42,095 nucleotides of DNA. It comes from Craspedostauros australis (Eukaryota). The DNA lies in the NCBI GenBank assembly GCA_030167865.1, contig JALAGF010003894.1, positions 1-42,095 of the forward strand, in the 5' to 3' direction. The translations under genes were made by a program, and so were the position numbers. Shown one piece after another: positions 22,812-33,499 of the stretch. The first letter of the stretch is position 1. The number at the start of each line of letters is the position of its first letter. Under the pieces are notes generated by a model that saw only the letters and a list, made by a program, of their open reading frames with translations, did no database searches and had not been told where the DNA came from.

Positions 22812-24212
22812 TTAGATTTCAAGCGTGTCTACCGCCGTGTTTGCTTCGGTCACGGCAGAAACCTCCTCCTCGTTCACGACACCCGGGTGCTTGGCCAAGT
22901 ACTCGCAGAGCTCGGCAAAGAGGATCTTGCCACCACCGTTCTTGTCGATGGCTGCGAAGAGTTCTTCGATAGAATCGACGGTGAACAGGCGTGCGTTCTG
23001 CTGCATCTCCTCGAGATGGATTCGTCTGTCGCTATCCGTGTCGATGGCATCGAAGAAGGCCCAGAGGTTGTTGTAGTACACGATGTACTGCAGGAAATCC
23101 ATGAATTCGGACTTGCCGACGAAGCCGTCGCCGGTTGTGTCGCTGGATTTGTAGGCCCGCATGATGGCTGCCTTGTTGTCGAGGTTGGGGTACATGGTGA
23201 CGATGGCCTTGTCAAGTTCTGCCAAAGACAATTTGCCAGACGCGTTCTCATCGAGCTTGTCGAATTGCTCCATCGCCTTGCTCTTTTCCGGCAATGCGAT
23301 CTTTGCGACGGCCTGGGGCTTGGGAGCCGCCTTTTTGACGTTTTTCGTCTTGTTGGCAGCCTTTGCAGTATCATCGTTGACATTGGCGTCGTCGTTGTCG
23401 TCCTGCAGGATGTCGTGTAGGTCATCCATGGCGGTGTCGTGCCATTTTTGGTCGGCGAGGTAGTGGCACAGCTCCGCAAAGAGGATCATTCCCTTGCCAT
23501 CAATGTCGATGGCGGCGAACATGGCATCCGCATCGTCGTCACCGGAGCCGATGGCCTTGGCGAATTTGGGAGCAACCTTATGGAACTCATCCTTGGAGAT
23601 GCGCCTGTCGCCATCCTTGTCGAGGGCCGAGAATATGGTCCACAGATTGTTGTAGTAGACGATGAACTGCAGGAAGGCGGGGAACTCGTCACGGCAGACG
23701 AAGCCGTCACCTGACGCATCGGTGGATTTGTAGGCTCGCATGAGCGCCGGCTTGTTGTTGAGGTCGGGGTAGACCTGCACGATGCCCTTGTCCAGCTCCG
23801 CGAGGCTGAGTTTGCCAGAAGCATTGTCGTCCATGCGATCAAAGAGCTCCAGCGGATGTTCCGGGAACGTGAGGCGCGCGGCCTTTTCGACTCGGGCCTG
23901 CGAATGCGCGGGCGGTTTCTTGGACGCGGTCGTTCGCTTCTTGGGCGACGTGGCGACGCGTGTTGGGGCTAGTCGTCTCGAGGGCGTTGTGGTTTGCTTC
24001 CTGGGCGATGGCGAGTACGCAGCGTGGGCACGGTGCCGGTTGGTGCTGGCGGCGTCTCGCGACGCCACGGAGGGCAAAGGCGACGTCATGCGAGACGAGG
24101 CAGTCAGTGGCCTGAGGGGCATCGGCTGCTTTCCCTTCCACACATGGTACTGTTGGTTGGTGGACGCGGTGGTCTGCTTGCGGTGCAGCCGGTGCAAAGG
24201 ATCTTCGGCCAT
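22812..24212 (-). CDS. EF-hand calcium-binding protein with two tandem calflagin (FCaBP)-like modules
   Basis: Duplicated unit F..MDDNASGKLSLAELDK...LNNKPALMRAYK..D.SGDGFV...EF..FLQ.IVYYNNLW..F..LD.DGDRRI...E...F.AID..G.G.ILFAELC.YLA gives 8 EF-hand loops. The N-terminus is basic and low-complexity. Confidence 0.85.
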   Translation of the reverse strand: MAEDPLHRLHRKQTTASTNQQYHVWKGKQPMPLRPLTASSRMTSPLPSVASRDAASTNRHRAHAAYSPSPRKQTTTPSRRLAPTRVATSPKKRTTASKKPPAHSQARVEKAARLTFPEHPLELFDRMDDNASGKLSLAELDKGIVQVYPDLNNKPALMRAYKSTDASGDGFVCRDEFPAFLQFIVYYNNLWTIFSALDKDGDRRISKDEFHKVAPKFAKAIGSGDDDADAMFAAIDIDGKGMILFAELCHYLADQKWHDTAMDDLHDILQDDNDDANVNDDTAKAANKTKNVKKAAPKPQAVAKIALPEKSKAMEQFDKLDENASGKLSLAELDKAIVTMYPNLDNKAAIMRAYKSSDTTGDGFVGKSEFMDFLQYIVYYNNLWAFFDAIDTDSDRRIHLEEMQQNARLFTVDSIEELFAAIDKNGGGKILFAELCEYLAKHPGVVNEEEVSAVTEANTAVDTLEI

Positions 24213-25191
24213 CTTGTCGATCGGCTGTCCTCTCCACTATTCTATGCTGATGCGAGTATTCCACAATGCTTTGGAGGTTTATGCGGCTTCGTTTCTTGCC
24301 GTGGATGTTCCTGCTGTGTGTCAAACTGCTGGTGTGTAGTCGTATAATATTCTTGACCGTTGTACTTACAGTGTTGTTCGCTCTCTCGCTCTCTTGTTGG
24401 ATTGCTGGATTGCCTTTGGATTGCCTTCGGATGTCAATCCCACGTGTCTCCGTTGGGATGGAAGTCGTCAGGAAGGATCAACGACACAACCAAACAGCGG
24501 CGTGCGGTGATGGGATACAACAGCGTGGTATGGTGCGTATGGTACGTGTGGTACAGTGATGCCTTCGTCGGCAAAGTGGTTGTCTTGCGTAGTTGTATAG
24601 TATAGCGGCACACTTGCAAGATCCTCTCTGCTTCGAATTTCAATCGTGGTGGATCAATCAGATGTAGCGGAATGCAATGCAACACGATACTCGTGGCCGT
24701 ATTCGCACAATCCGGAGTCAAGCGCAACTCAACTGTCTCTCTGAATGACGGAGTGAGGCGGGATGGGGTGGTTGGGCACCTTCCGTGTGGGAATGGTCGG
24801 TTGCTTGTGGGGTGTGTGCATCTGTTGTGATGGATACGGGACGCGCGGGAAAGGCGTTGACACGGCGTCGGAAGCACACCAGATACAGTTCCGATTCGCA
24901 ATTCAACATGCAGAAGACGAGTATCGTTGCGCAGTCCCGTTTTCGCGCTGGTTGGATGCTCCCGCCAACCACGCAACGAACCAAGAGCTCGCGGGCTTCT
25001 TGCCTCCAATCATAGACATCTGCACGAAGGAGTGCGATAACGATACGCAACATTATGCCACCAGAGAAGTGCCGCTCTTGAGAGAGATCAATGCGCATGC
25101 GGTTGCACTCGTACTCTCGAGAATAGGATGTATTGTCTCTCTACTATAACAGGTAGTGCAAGTTTTTTGTTACACCATTGTTCACATCGTA

Positions 25192-28100
25192 TCAGCCTGC
25201 GACGACGTGCACACGAAGTTTGGAAGTGCTTGCGTCATGGCCACCTTCGCCCGTGCGTCTGGAATCATCTCCAATTCCATTGTCGTTATTAGTGTTGTCG
25301 TCGTCGTCGTTGTCGAAAGGGACATGAGTGTTCCACCAACCAGAAACCTGGGCTTCCACTTCGTAGAGACCTGGAATGATTCCGTAGTCTCCGAGCGATT
25401 CGTGCCACACAGCTACATCCTTCCATGCTATATCCACCTGCATCATGTGGCTTTCATTCGCTTTTAGCATCGGTGCCGTCTCAAACGCACATAGCCTGCG
25501 TTGCGGTTGACGTGCTTCGGATGCAATGAGGGATGCTGACGACGTTGATGCCGACCCCAGCAATCGGATGGGCACTGATGCAGCCCCCTCCACATCAGGC
25601 TTATCTTGCGGCAAGTCAAACTCGATCAACTTCCAAAATAGAAGCACGGACTGACCACCAGGCATGGGTCCCAGATTCTTCACCGTCAGTGACAGCGACA
25701 ACGGCGAGGACCAATCGCGCACGTCAACATGCAACCTGCCATCGCCACCGTGAAGTGCGACGCCCCAGTCGCTGTAGCTCAGGCCATGCCCGAATGGGAA
25801 TTCCACGGGGCCCTTGTAGTACAGATAGGTGCGACCGACGCCGACGTTCAAGCCCATTTCGGTCAATGGGATTTGGTTCACGTAGTTGGGTGGATAGACA
25901 GTGGCCGCGAGACGCCCTGTGGGATTGTAGTCGCCGTACAGTACCGATGCCAGCGCCCGTGAAGCCGCTTGGCCGCCGTAGCTTGCCGACACAATCGCGG
26001 GGGCTTTCTGCAGCAGTTCTTCGCCCAATGACACGGTTCCGCCATGAAACAGGACGAGGATAGTTCTGGGATTGCCCAGATCCAAAATACCATTGGCAAG
26101 CTTGGATTGCAGGCCGGGCAGGGTGGTGTTGTACCGATCACGACCTTCTCGTTCCACGGATCGGTCCAGACCAAGTGCGAGCACGATGGTGTCCGCGGTT
26201 GCGGCAAGTTCCATCGCTTCCTTCATCAGTTGGGCTTCGTCAGCCTCCGGAAGATCGCCAATCATCGAGCATCCCATTGCGCCAATCGTCTCTGCATTTG
26301 GATCGGCAGCAGCCAGACCTTGCAGCGGCGTTTCGACACAATCTACGTCGAATCCATGAAGCGGAGGCGAGCTCTCGGATGTTTCCGGATCATCCGTGTC
26401 CCATGGTGTTTGTTGATCATCTCGTTCGTTGAGATCAGAATGTCCGCAGCGTTCTCCATAATATGCGCTCAGCAATGCGGCCGTGGAATGCGTGTGTGGT
26501 CCGATGACGGCAACCCTTGGTTTGGCAGCATTTGGCGTCTCCAGGAGGGATGCTCGCTTGAGAGGCAGCGTATCACCATCATTCTTCAACAGGATGATGC
26601 TCTGCAACGCAGCCTCGTAGGCGAGCTTTCGATGTTCAGGTGAATCGATCGCATCCCAATCCGCATCGGTATCGCTTGCAGGCTCCTCGGCTTCTTCGAT
26701 CCTGGTAGCGGTGCTTGGGCCAACCGTCCTGTCTTTGTCGTTATCGAACAACCCCAGCTCCATCTGCACACGGACCATGCGACGGAACGATTGCCGAATC
26801 TGATCTTCCTTCACCATGCCCTGCTGGAATGCCTCGTGCAGACCTTTGGGATAGTGCGATCCATCGCCGCAATTCACATCGGTGGTTGCATTCAGCGCTT
26901 TCGCCGACGCTTCCGCAGCATCTTTTGCGGCCTTGTGGCCATTGTCGATGTCGACCAGCGCGCCACAATCAGACACGACGTATCCACCGAAGTTCCACTC
27001 GTCTCGCAGGACATCCTTGAGCAGCCAGTTGTTGGAACACGATGGTTCGCCATTGACAGCATTGTAGGAGCACATGACTCCGCGGGAATTGCCGGTTTGG
27101 ACACATTCTCGGAAAGGAACGAAGTAGTAGTTGTAGAGATCATACTTTGTGACTTGCGCATCGAAGTCGTGCCGTGTGATCCCGTTCCAATTCTCCAGCG
27201 AGTTGGCCACAAAGTGCTTGCATCCTGCTGCGATTTGAATGTGCGGAGTGGACCGAGGAGAGGTGCGCTGGCTGGCGCTGCTGCTAGAGGGTATGGATTG
27301 GAGTCCGTTGACGTATGCGACGGCGTACGCACCAGTCATGTGCGGGTCTTCGCCGGGGACTGTGATTGTATCATGCACAAGAAAAGAAACACGCAGAGGT
27401 GGGTGAAGCGGGTGGAGGGGGGAATACAATGACGCAGAGGCAGGGTGAGCAAGCGTAACGTTGAGGACGTGCTAGATCTCGAACCAGCGATGCGCCTTCC
27501 ACGTTCTTTGTGCATATGGCCCGGATTGCATCGTTAATTGAGCACACTACTCCACACACAGACAACGTACCTTCCTGGTTGCGTCCCCATCGAGGATCGC
27601 GTTGTAAATTGATGGTTGGAGACCAGAATGTGAGTCCGTCACCGATCGGAATTTGGCTTGGAGTTGTGCTGTGCTGCGGTCGCAAATTGAGCAACGCTCG
27701 TCCTTCCCTCCCGATCGCTGCAGCAACCTCACGCCAAAGTGTTTTATTGAAGGAGCTCCCGAGACCGGATGGTGCCGGGAAGCTGGTGGGGCACCTGAAC
27801 TGCTTCTGCTTCTGCTGATACTGCCGATTGCTTGGGATGCTGAGCCCTGGCTGGTAGCCACGAAGGAGGGTCTGCGGATTCATGCTTGGCTGGCTGTCGA
27901 AGGGGGCAGTAGTCGTACGTCGTGACTGTCCATCGCTTTGCTCGTCTGAGACATCCACAAAGCGCTGATCCAGATCCGCCCTCGACACACATTGGACCAT
28001 CGCACCGTGCAGACCTTCCGACCACCATTGGTAAGGCGGGATATGCAAAGGTGGATACTCCGCAGCGACGTGAGACATCATGTCGATCTGTTGCTGCGTG

Positions 28101-28306
28101 GGAATCCGGTTGACGTAATCTTCCACGCGGTCATCGAGCGGCAGGTCGAGCTGGCAGAATGGAAGATGCACGACATCGTCCTGGGTGCACACCTCATCCC
28201 ATATCCGGACGCAGCGGCATGGACGGAGCCCGGAGCCGAGGATCAGAAGCCATGGAAGCAGAAGGGAAAGCCTGAACTTCGATGGCTGCACAGGAAGGTG
28301 TTTCAT
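25192..28306 (-). CDS. Glycoside hydrolase family 3 (beta-xylosidase/arabinofuranosidase-like), secreted; exons 28306-27571 and 27359-25192
   Basis: Signal-like N-terminus, QWWSEGLHG, and FWSPTINLQRDPRWGRNQE|VPGEDP joined across a 211-bp GT-AG intron (27570-27360). Also CKHFVAN, MCSYNAVNG, the nucleophile motif GYVVSDCGA, EREGRDR, FPFGHGLSY and an Fn3-like tail. Confidence 0.92.
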
Positions 28307-29050
28307 CACAGAATGCGATTCGCCGTGGATGGCTGTTGCGGTGGGAGACGATCTTCTTTGAACCTTGATCGGCGATGGGCAATGGCAGCATGCAATGGCA
28401 GTATGAAATGGCAGCATGCAAAGGTATGTAGGGCGCTCCCTCTCCCTCTCTCTCTCTCTGTGTATGTATGTGTCCTTGTATCGGTCTGCAGATGTGGTGG
28501 TGCCTGTTGTTGCCCTTCGGTGAGCGTGTTGATGTCGAACGAATGATCGCCAAGTTTTGCTTCGGTCCCGAACCAAGAAGACAACATCGTATCTTACTCC
28601 CGGGACTTCTTGAAACACGATCGAACAGTATCTCGTTGTTGTTGCAGTCACGTTAGTCGAAGTGAGATCATATCGACTCATGTGACCATTTCTGCGCCCA
28701 TCGCAATCTGTTGCCAGATGGGCACAAAGCAACACGAACGTTTGTGCGAAATTTCAAAGATCGGGGTCACAGTGCCCCTCTGTCTCCCTCTCTTTTGTGT
28801 TGTGCGTCGCAGCCGAGGCGCGAGAACATCGAAGCCAAAGCACCGAAGGGGAGGCAGCAAGGATCACAAACAAATCATACGACGAGAGAAGCAAGAACAA
28901 CAACAGGTGACAACAACAGCAACAGCAGACCCATCGATGGCAATAATGTTCGTTGAATCTGGTTCATAATCCTCTCCAGATTTGTTCAATTGCAGGCACG
29001 CCATCAAGCAAGCAGGGCGCGTATACTCCATCGCACAAGACCATACCAAT

Positions 29051-29110
29051 ACGTGCAGACATACGTACGTGCAGACATACGTGCATACATACGTACGCAC
29101 ATACAGACGT
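29051..29110. repeat. Degenerate ACATACGT/TACGTGCAG short tandem repeat in the divergent GH3-MORC intergenic region
   Basis: acgtgcagacatacgtacgtgcagacatacgtgcatacatacgtacgcacatacagacgt. Confidence 0.7.
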
Positions 29111-29246
29111 GCGAGTACGAGAACAGCCAAAAGTGAAGCCATCGCAAGTACAAAGGCCCGCAGAAGTGTGCTCGTGGGGCGTCTGTGTTGGACTATCACA
29201 AGCACTCCTCAGAGTCGAGCAATCTAGCGAGCCAGACGGTGGAACG

Positions 29247-32200
29247 ATGAACGACCTGACGGACATGGACACCTTCCATTCAGCCAGCGACGGCATGCTC
29301 TTGGATCCGGAGCAGGCGCTTGACGGCGAAGGCCAATACAACGATCCAGATGATTATCTCAATTACAATGGGACTGATGCGATGCAACCTGATTCTTCGC
29401 AGTTTGCCAAGGCCACGGTGGAAGGCGCTGGCATGTGGAAGTCCTGGACGCGCAGTTTCAACAAACCGATCATGGCCATGCTCGATCTCTTCGACAATGC
29501 CATCGATGCCTGCCTGCAGGAGCAGGATCTGCAGTCCAGCAAGTCTCGCTACGCTCAAAGTCAAACGCCGATCATCACCGTGCAGAGCGACCTCAGCGTC
29601 CACAAACTGACAGATGCAAAAGCACACAGGAATGGGCGAAATGGCAACGGCGGGGAGGCGGCAGCATCTGACTCCGGCAATCCAACAGGGACAAGCGACA
29701 GAACCAAGGCGAGGCCCACGGGAGAAGGCGTGCTCATGATGAACTCATCCGTCCATCCCATCCCGCCCATGGCGCAGATCCTCACAGTCTACCGTTCCTC
29801 CAAGCAGAACGACTCAGAGATTGGAGAAAATGGGGTCGGCATCAAGCAGGCATGTGCGCATCTCAGCGATGTCTCCATCATTTGCACCAAATCAAGCTCC
29901 ACTAAGTTCGGCCTGGGTGTTCTGTCGAAGGACCTGCAAAAGAAGGAACCCAATCTGCCATCCGTCCAGCTGCCGGACGGCTCCATGTCGCAGAGCATGC
30001 CCTCTGCCACCAAGGTCTTGACGGATTTGGCAGCGCGCCATCCTCAAACCTTTGGTTCAGCATTTCGGTCCTACGGTTCGTCCGAACAAACCACGAGCAA
30101 CGGTGAAGCAGTGCGGCTCGGCGCGGAGAAGGTCGCCAAGGTCTTCGAGTGCATCACGCAGCGCGATGAATGGAAGGACCATCCACATGTCTTCGTCCTC
30201 ATCATGTGCAACCTGAGACATCAAGGACAGGTCGCCGATACATTTGAGATTCGTGAAAGCACAGGTGGCGCTAACGCAGATAAAGACGCAGTCTCCGAGG
30301 TAAGCCTGATCCAAACAAAGATCAGCGCTTCTGCTCGTCTCCTCGAAGAGCTGGAGAGGGAGTTGCCAATGCGGTACCTGCATGTTCCTCTCCATTTCCA
30401 TATCCAGGTGCAGTGGGATCGAATCGAGTTTCAGTACTGGGAACGGAGACTCGTCGAGCTCACCAGATTCGACGTGATGTACTCCAAAATCACGCCCTTC
30501 CAAAAGATGCAGAATTGGTGGCATTTGGAACAAGTGCTGGCCGACATCAAGGAAGGCGGGGACGCCAACGGCAACGGCAAACAACTTGAGTCTCGCGCAT
30601 CACTCGCAGCGGCCAATGCAAAAAAGGCCGACGAGGATGCCGCTGTTCCTCAACTTGGAAATGGGATGAAAGATGGTATTCAAGACCTTGCAATGCAGGA
30701 CTCGGATGGTGCAATAATGGCAACCCCAGAGCCCACCATCAAGCAACGACCTCTCAAGAAGATGGCCAGAAAGACACCATCGCGAAGATGCAGTCCGAGA
30801 GCACCTGTGCCTGTGGCCAAGTATCACCAAGAGGAGGCCATCGAAGCACCGTCGGATCCTCCGAAGGTAATCAAGAAAGCCGCTTCACCAAAACGAGCGC
30901 CCAGAGCGCCGTTGAAGCCGATGCCACCACCAAATCCCAAAACGATCTCCCAGATGCGCATTTGGTGCGGATTCGACCCCATTCGCGCGTCCTCCAAGAC
31001 GTCCGCCGCGTCCATGTATTTGTACAGCCGCACGTCCGGCCGGTTGATCAAGTATTCGAAGGACTGTCGCGCGGAGCTCGGTCTCGTCACCAGCGGCTCC
31101 GAATTCGCGCAGGGGCTGACCGTCATTATTGACGACCTGCACGGGACACTGCCGCTCAACCCAACGAAGCAGGATGTCGCATTTGGGCTGGAGGCTCACG
31201 GCGAAACGCACGAGACCAACATGCAGGCCTGGGTGGGCGGGTGCACCCACACGTACTGGAGGTTCTACGCGGACAGACTTGGAACGAAGACGAACGTTGC
31301 CAAGGCGGTCTGTCAACAGCTTCCGAAGATCAAATCGCTGGTGGAAAGGTCGACTACGATGAAAACGCGGAAATCAGGCCGGATGACGGTGTTTCCGCAG
31401 CTTTCGACAGGATCGTTCCTGCGCTTCGACTTGCTGGGTTGGAATCAAAAGCTGGGAGTGATCCGATGTCCGAAGAGCAAGCGGGATCGTCTCATTCAAA
31501 AGGATGGAAAGGACTGCGCTGCGCGCGTCGATTTTGAGAAGGCATTACTTTCGGATGATGTCGGCAACGGTGATGAAGATGGTGACTATGATTCCTCATC
31601 CGAAGCTCCCAGGACTCCGAAGAAGAGGAAGTCGACCCCGCGGTCGAGGAAGAGAAAGGCTGCTAACAAGAAGCAAGCCGCAGCCATCCCCCCTGACATT
31701 GTGGACCTTCTCAATGATAATGGAAATCTCGAAATGGATGTATTCGCTGACGACACCGGGAGATCGTCTGGCAGGACACAGGCCCAGTGGAAGTCGCAAC
31801 TCCAACAGCGCAGCGATGCCAACAAGGAACTGCAGGCGACCATCCGAGAACGCGACGAACGCATCAAGGCTCTCGAAGAAGAGATGAAGGAGCACAGCGC
31901 CAAGAAGGACGCGACGCTGGCAAAGGCCAGGGAATACCGTCGCAAATACAAGGAAGAGCAGAGGTACTGCCAGGAGATGCTGTCGACGGAGAGACAGACG
32001 GCGGAACGATGCCGCGGATTGCATCAGGAGAACATGCGGCTGATGGACAAGGTGGACGAGCTGAAACGGATCTGCCGCAAGAACAAGATCAACATACGCG
32101 GTGATCTCAGTTCGGACGATGATGACTTGTACGACAACGACGAGGGCATCACGAGAGCGAAGAGAAGCACATCATCTGGCGCAAACACAAACCGCAAAAG

Positions 32201-32339
32201 GAGGGCGACTCGATCGAGGAGCAGGTCCAGCAGCAGGCGCGCATCGTCACAGCCAGTGCAGAATGCTCCTTCCTTCAGCGATGACGACTCTGACGACGAC
32301 CACGACGACGACGACGATGATGATGATTCTGTGCTTTGA
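29247..32339 (+). CDS. Divergent MORC-like GHKL ATPase with S5-like domain and C-terminal coiled coil (1030 aa)
   Basis: N-box AMLDLFDNAIDA, G2 box IGENGVGIKQACAHL, FGLGVLS, YL..P, MORC S5-type GLTVIIDD...LPLNPTKQD..F, NLS-like KKRKS..RKRK, coiled coil ~31780-32080, acidic tail. ATG 29247 taken as the first Met in the open frame. Confidence 0.72.
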   Translation: MNDLTDMDTFHSASDGMLLDPEQALDGEGQYNDPDDYLNYNGTDAMQPDSSQFAKATVEGAGMWKSWTRSFNKPIMAMLDLFDNAIDACLQEQDLQSSKSRYAQSQTPIITVQSDLSVHKLTDAKAHRNGRNGNGGEAAASDSGNPTGTSDRTKARPTGEGVLMMNSSVHPIPPMAQILTVYRSSKQNDSEIGENGVGIKQACAHLSDVSIICTKSSSTKFGLGVLSKDLQKKEPNLPSVQLPDGSMSQSMPSATKVLTDLAARHPQTFGSAFRSYGSSEQTTSNGEAVRLGAEKVAKVFECITQRDEWKDHPHVFVLIMCNLRHQGQVADTFEIRESTGGANADKDAVSEVSLIQTKISASARLLEELERELPMRYLHVPLHFHIQVQWDRIEFQYWERRLVELTRFDVMYSKITPFQKMQNWWHLEQVLADIKEGGDANGNGKQLESRASLAAANAKKADEDAAVPQLGNGMKDGIQDLAMQDSDGAIMATPEPTIKQRPLKKMARKTPSRRCSPRAPVPVAKYHQEEAIEAPSDPPKVIKKAASPKRAPRAPLKPMPPPNPKTISQMRIWCGFDPIRASSKTSAASMYLYSRTSGRLIKYSKDCRAELGLVTSGSEFAQGLTVIIDDLHGTLPLNPTKQDVAFGLEAHGETHETNMQAWVGGCTHTYWRFYADRLGTKTNVAKAVCQQLPKIKSLVERSTTMKTRKSGRMTVFPQLSTGSFLRFDLLGWNQKLGVIRCPKSKRDRLIQKDGKDCAARVDFEKALLSDDVGNGDEDGDYDSSSEAPRTPKKRKSTPRSRKRKAANKKQAAAIPPDIVDLLNDNGNLEMDVFADDTGRSSGRTQAQWKSQLQQRSDANKELQATIRERDERIKALEEEMKEHSAKKDATLAKAREYRRKYKEEQRYCQEMLSTERQTAERCRGLHQENMRLMDKVDELKRICRKNKINIRGDLSSDDDDLYDNDEGITRAKRSTSSGANTNRKRRATRSRSRSSSRRASSQPVQNAPSFSDDDSDDDHDDDDDDDDSVL

Positions 32340-32810
32340 TTGTTTTGTTTTGGATACAGGATGCAGGTGCAAGCACAAGTCATGACGATGGCAGGAGTGC
32401 CGATGATCAACATGGATTCCAGTTAAACGAATCACATAAAGTAATCCAATCTTCATACAATGGGGCATTGCTGCTACGATCCATACCTACAAACCAAACA
32501 TTATTGGAGTATCCGTTTCATGGATGTCCAGAAGTCCACGTTGTCGTAGAGTCTCTACCCATCGACGACTACTCGAGAGCCATGAGCGTTTTTGTGTACT
32601 GCCCTCTCTTGGCTTCCTCTTCGGAGGAGACCACATGGAGCAGCTGTTGCGGGGTCCATCCCGTTGCGTTCTGTCTCATTTCAGTCCTTCTGTTTCCTGA
32701 AGCTACCCATCTGTTCCCTCCTTGGCCAAAGTGGAGGGAATCTTGACGATGGTATCTTTGTGTGTCCCTTCCACGGAAGATACCTTTTGGTCCAATCCAA
32801 GAAGAACACC

Positions 32811-32923
32811 CACGTGACAGCTCACGTTTTGCAATTGCATTTTCGTTTGTTGGGTGTGGCCACGTGTGCGCGATTTGCAATTGTGCGGGAAGATCCTGAA
32901 GCGCAAAGCTCCGAGAACGTGAG
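32811..32923 (+). promoter_or_regulatory. Cluster of G-box/ACGT and TTGCAATTG motifs upstream of the small ORF
   Basis: CACGTG at 32811 and 32861, CTCACGTT at 32821 and its reverse complement at 32916, TTGCAATTG at 32829 and 32875, all 300-430 bp upstream of ATG 33239. Confidence 0.4.
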
Positions 32924-33238
32924 GAAAAACAATGGAATCGTGTCAGAACTTTTGACAAAAATGGAAGTGATCTTGTGCTGGGTGGAATCAACGCGATGGC
33001 CTTCGCGATTGGTGTTGTGTTCAACGACAAAAGTCGGTGGCGAAGGAAACCTTTTTCCATCTGCTTGTTTGCTTGTGTCTCTCGCTTGTTCTCCGCGTTG
33101 GATGATGCATGGTGGCCTCCACAGATCCGTATTGGATCACGCCATCCACACATCGATGGCCTCACCCCCACACAAAAACAGAGACAAGCACAACAAGACA
33201 TCGCAACGCTCACCCAAACACCCACGCATTATATCACG

Positions 33239-33499
33239 ATGATCCGCCGCCTCGCCATCCAGCTCCAATCCAAGCTCTCCGTCCGCGGAATTGCCGCCAA
33301 GAAGTCCACCAAGGCAACCTCGTCCGGCGTTGCCATGATGTCCGCGTCTCCTTGCTTCGCGTCGTCTTCCAAAGCCGCAACAGCATCCACCATGCCTGCG
33401 CTTCCCAACGCCACTGCCGCCGCTCGGGCCTCGCCATCGTGGCAAGGATTCAACTCAACGCTCGATGGTCCTTCTTGCTGTGAGCTGACCGGTTTCTAG
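33239..33499 (+). CDS. 86-aa microprotein, mitochondrial-presequence-like, ending ...FNSTLDGPSCCELTGF
   Basis: A/C-rich 5' leader, strong C-ending codon bias (atc cgc cgc ctc gcc atc cag ctc caa tcc aag ctc tcc gtc cgc), double stop TAG TAA. R/K/S/A-rich, with no acidic residue until the last 11 aa. Confidence 0.7.
   Translation: MIRRLAIQLQSKLSVRGIAAKKSTKATSSGVAMMSASPCFASSSKAATASTMPALPNATAAARASPSWQGFNSTLDGPSCCELTGF

Noticed and set aside
28953-29246. N-terminal extension of the MORC ORF (and likewise 17950-18216, 27360-27429, 28307-28735, 34893-35072)
   Set aside because: Mostly non-ATG ORF-caller extensions through introns, UTRs or simple repeats; splice sites and ATG context give better models.
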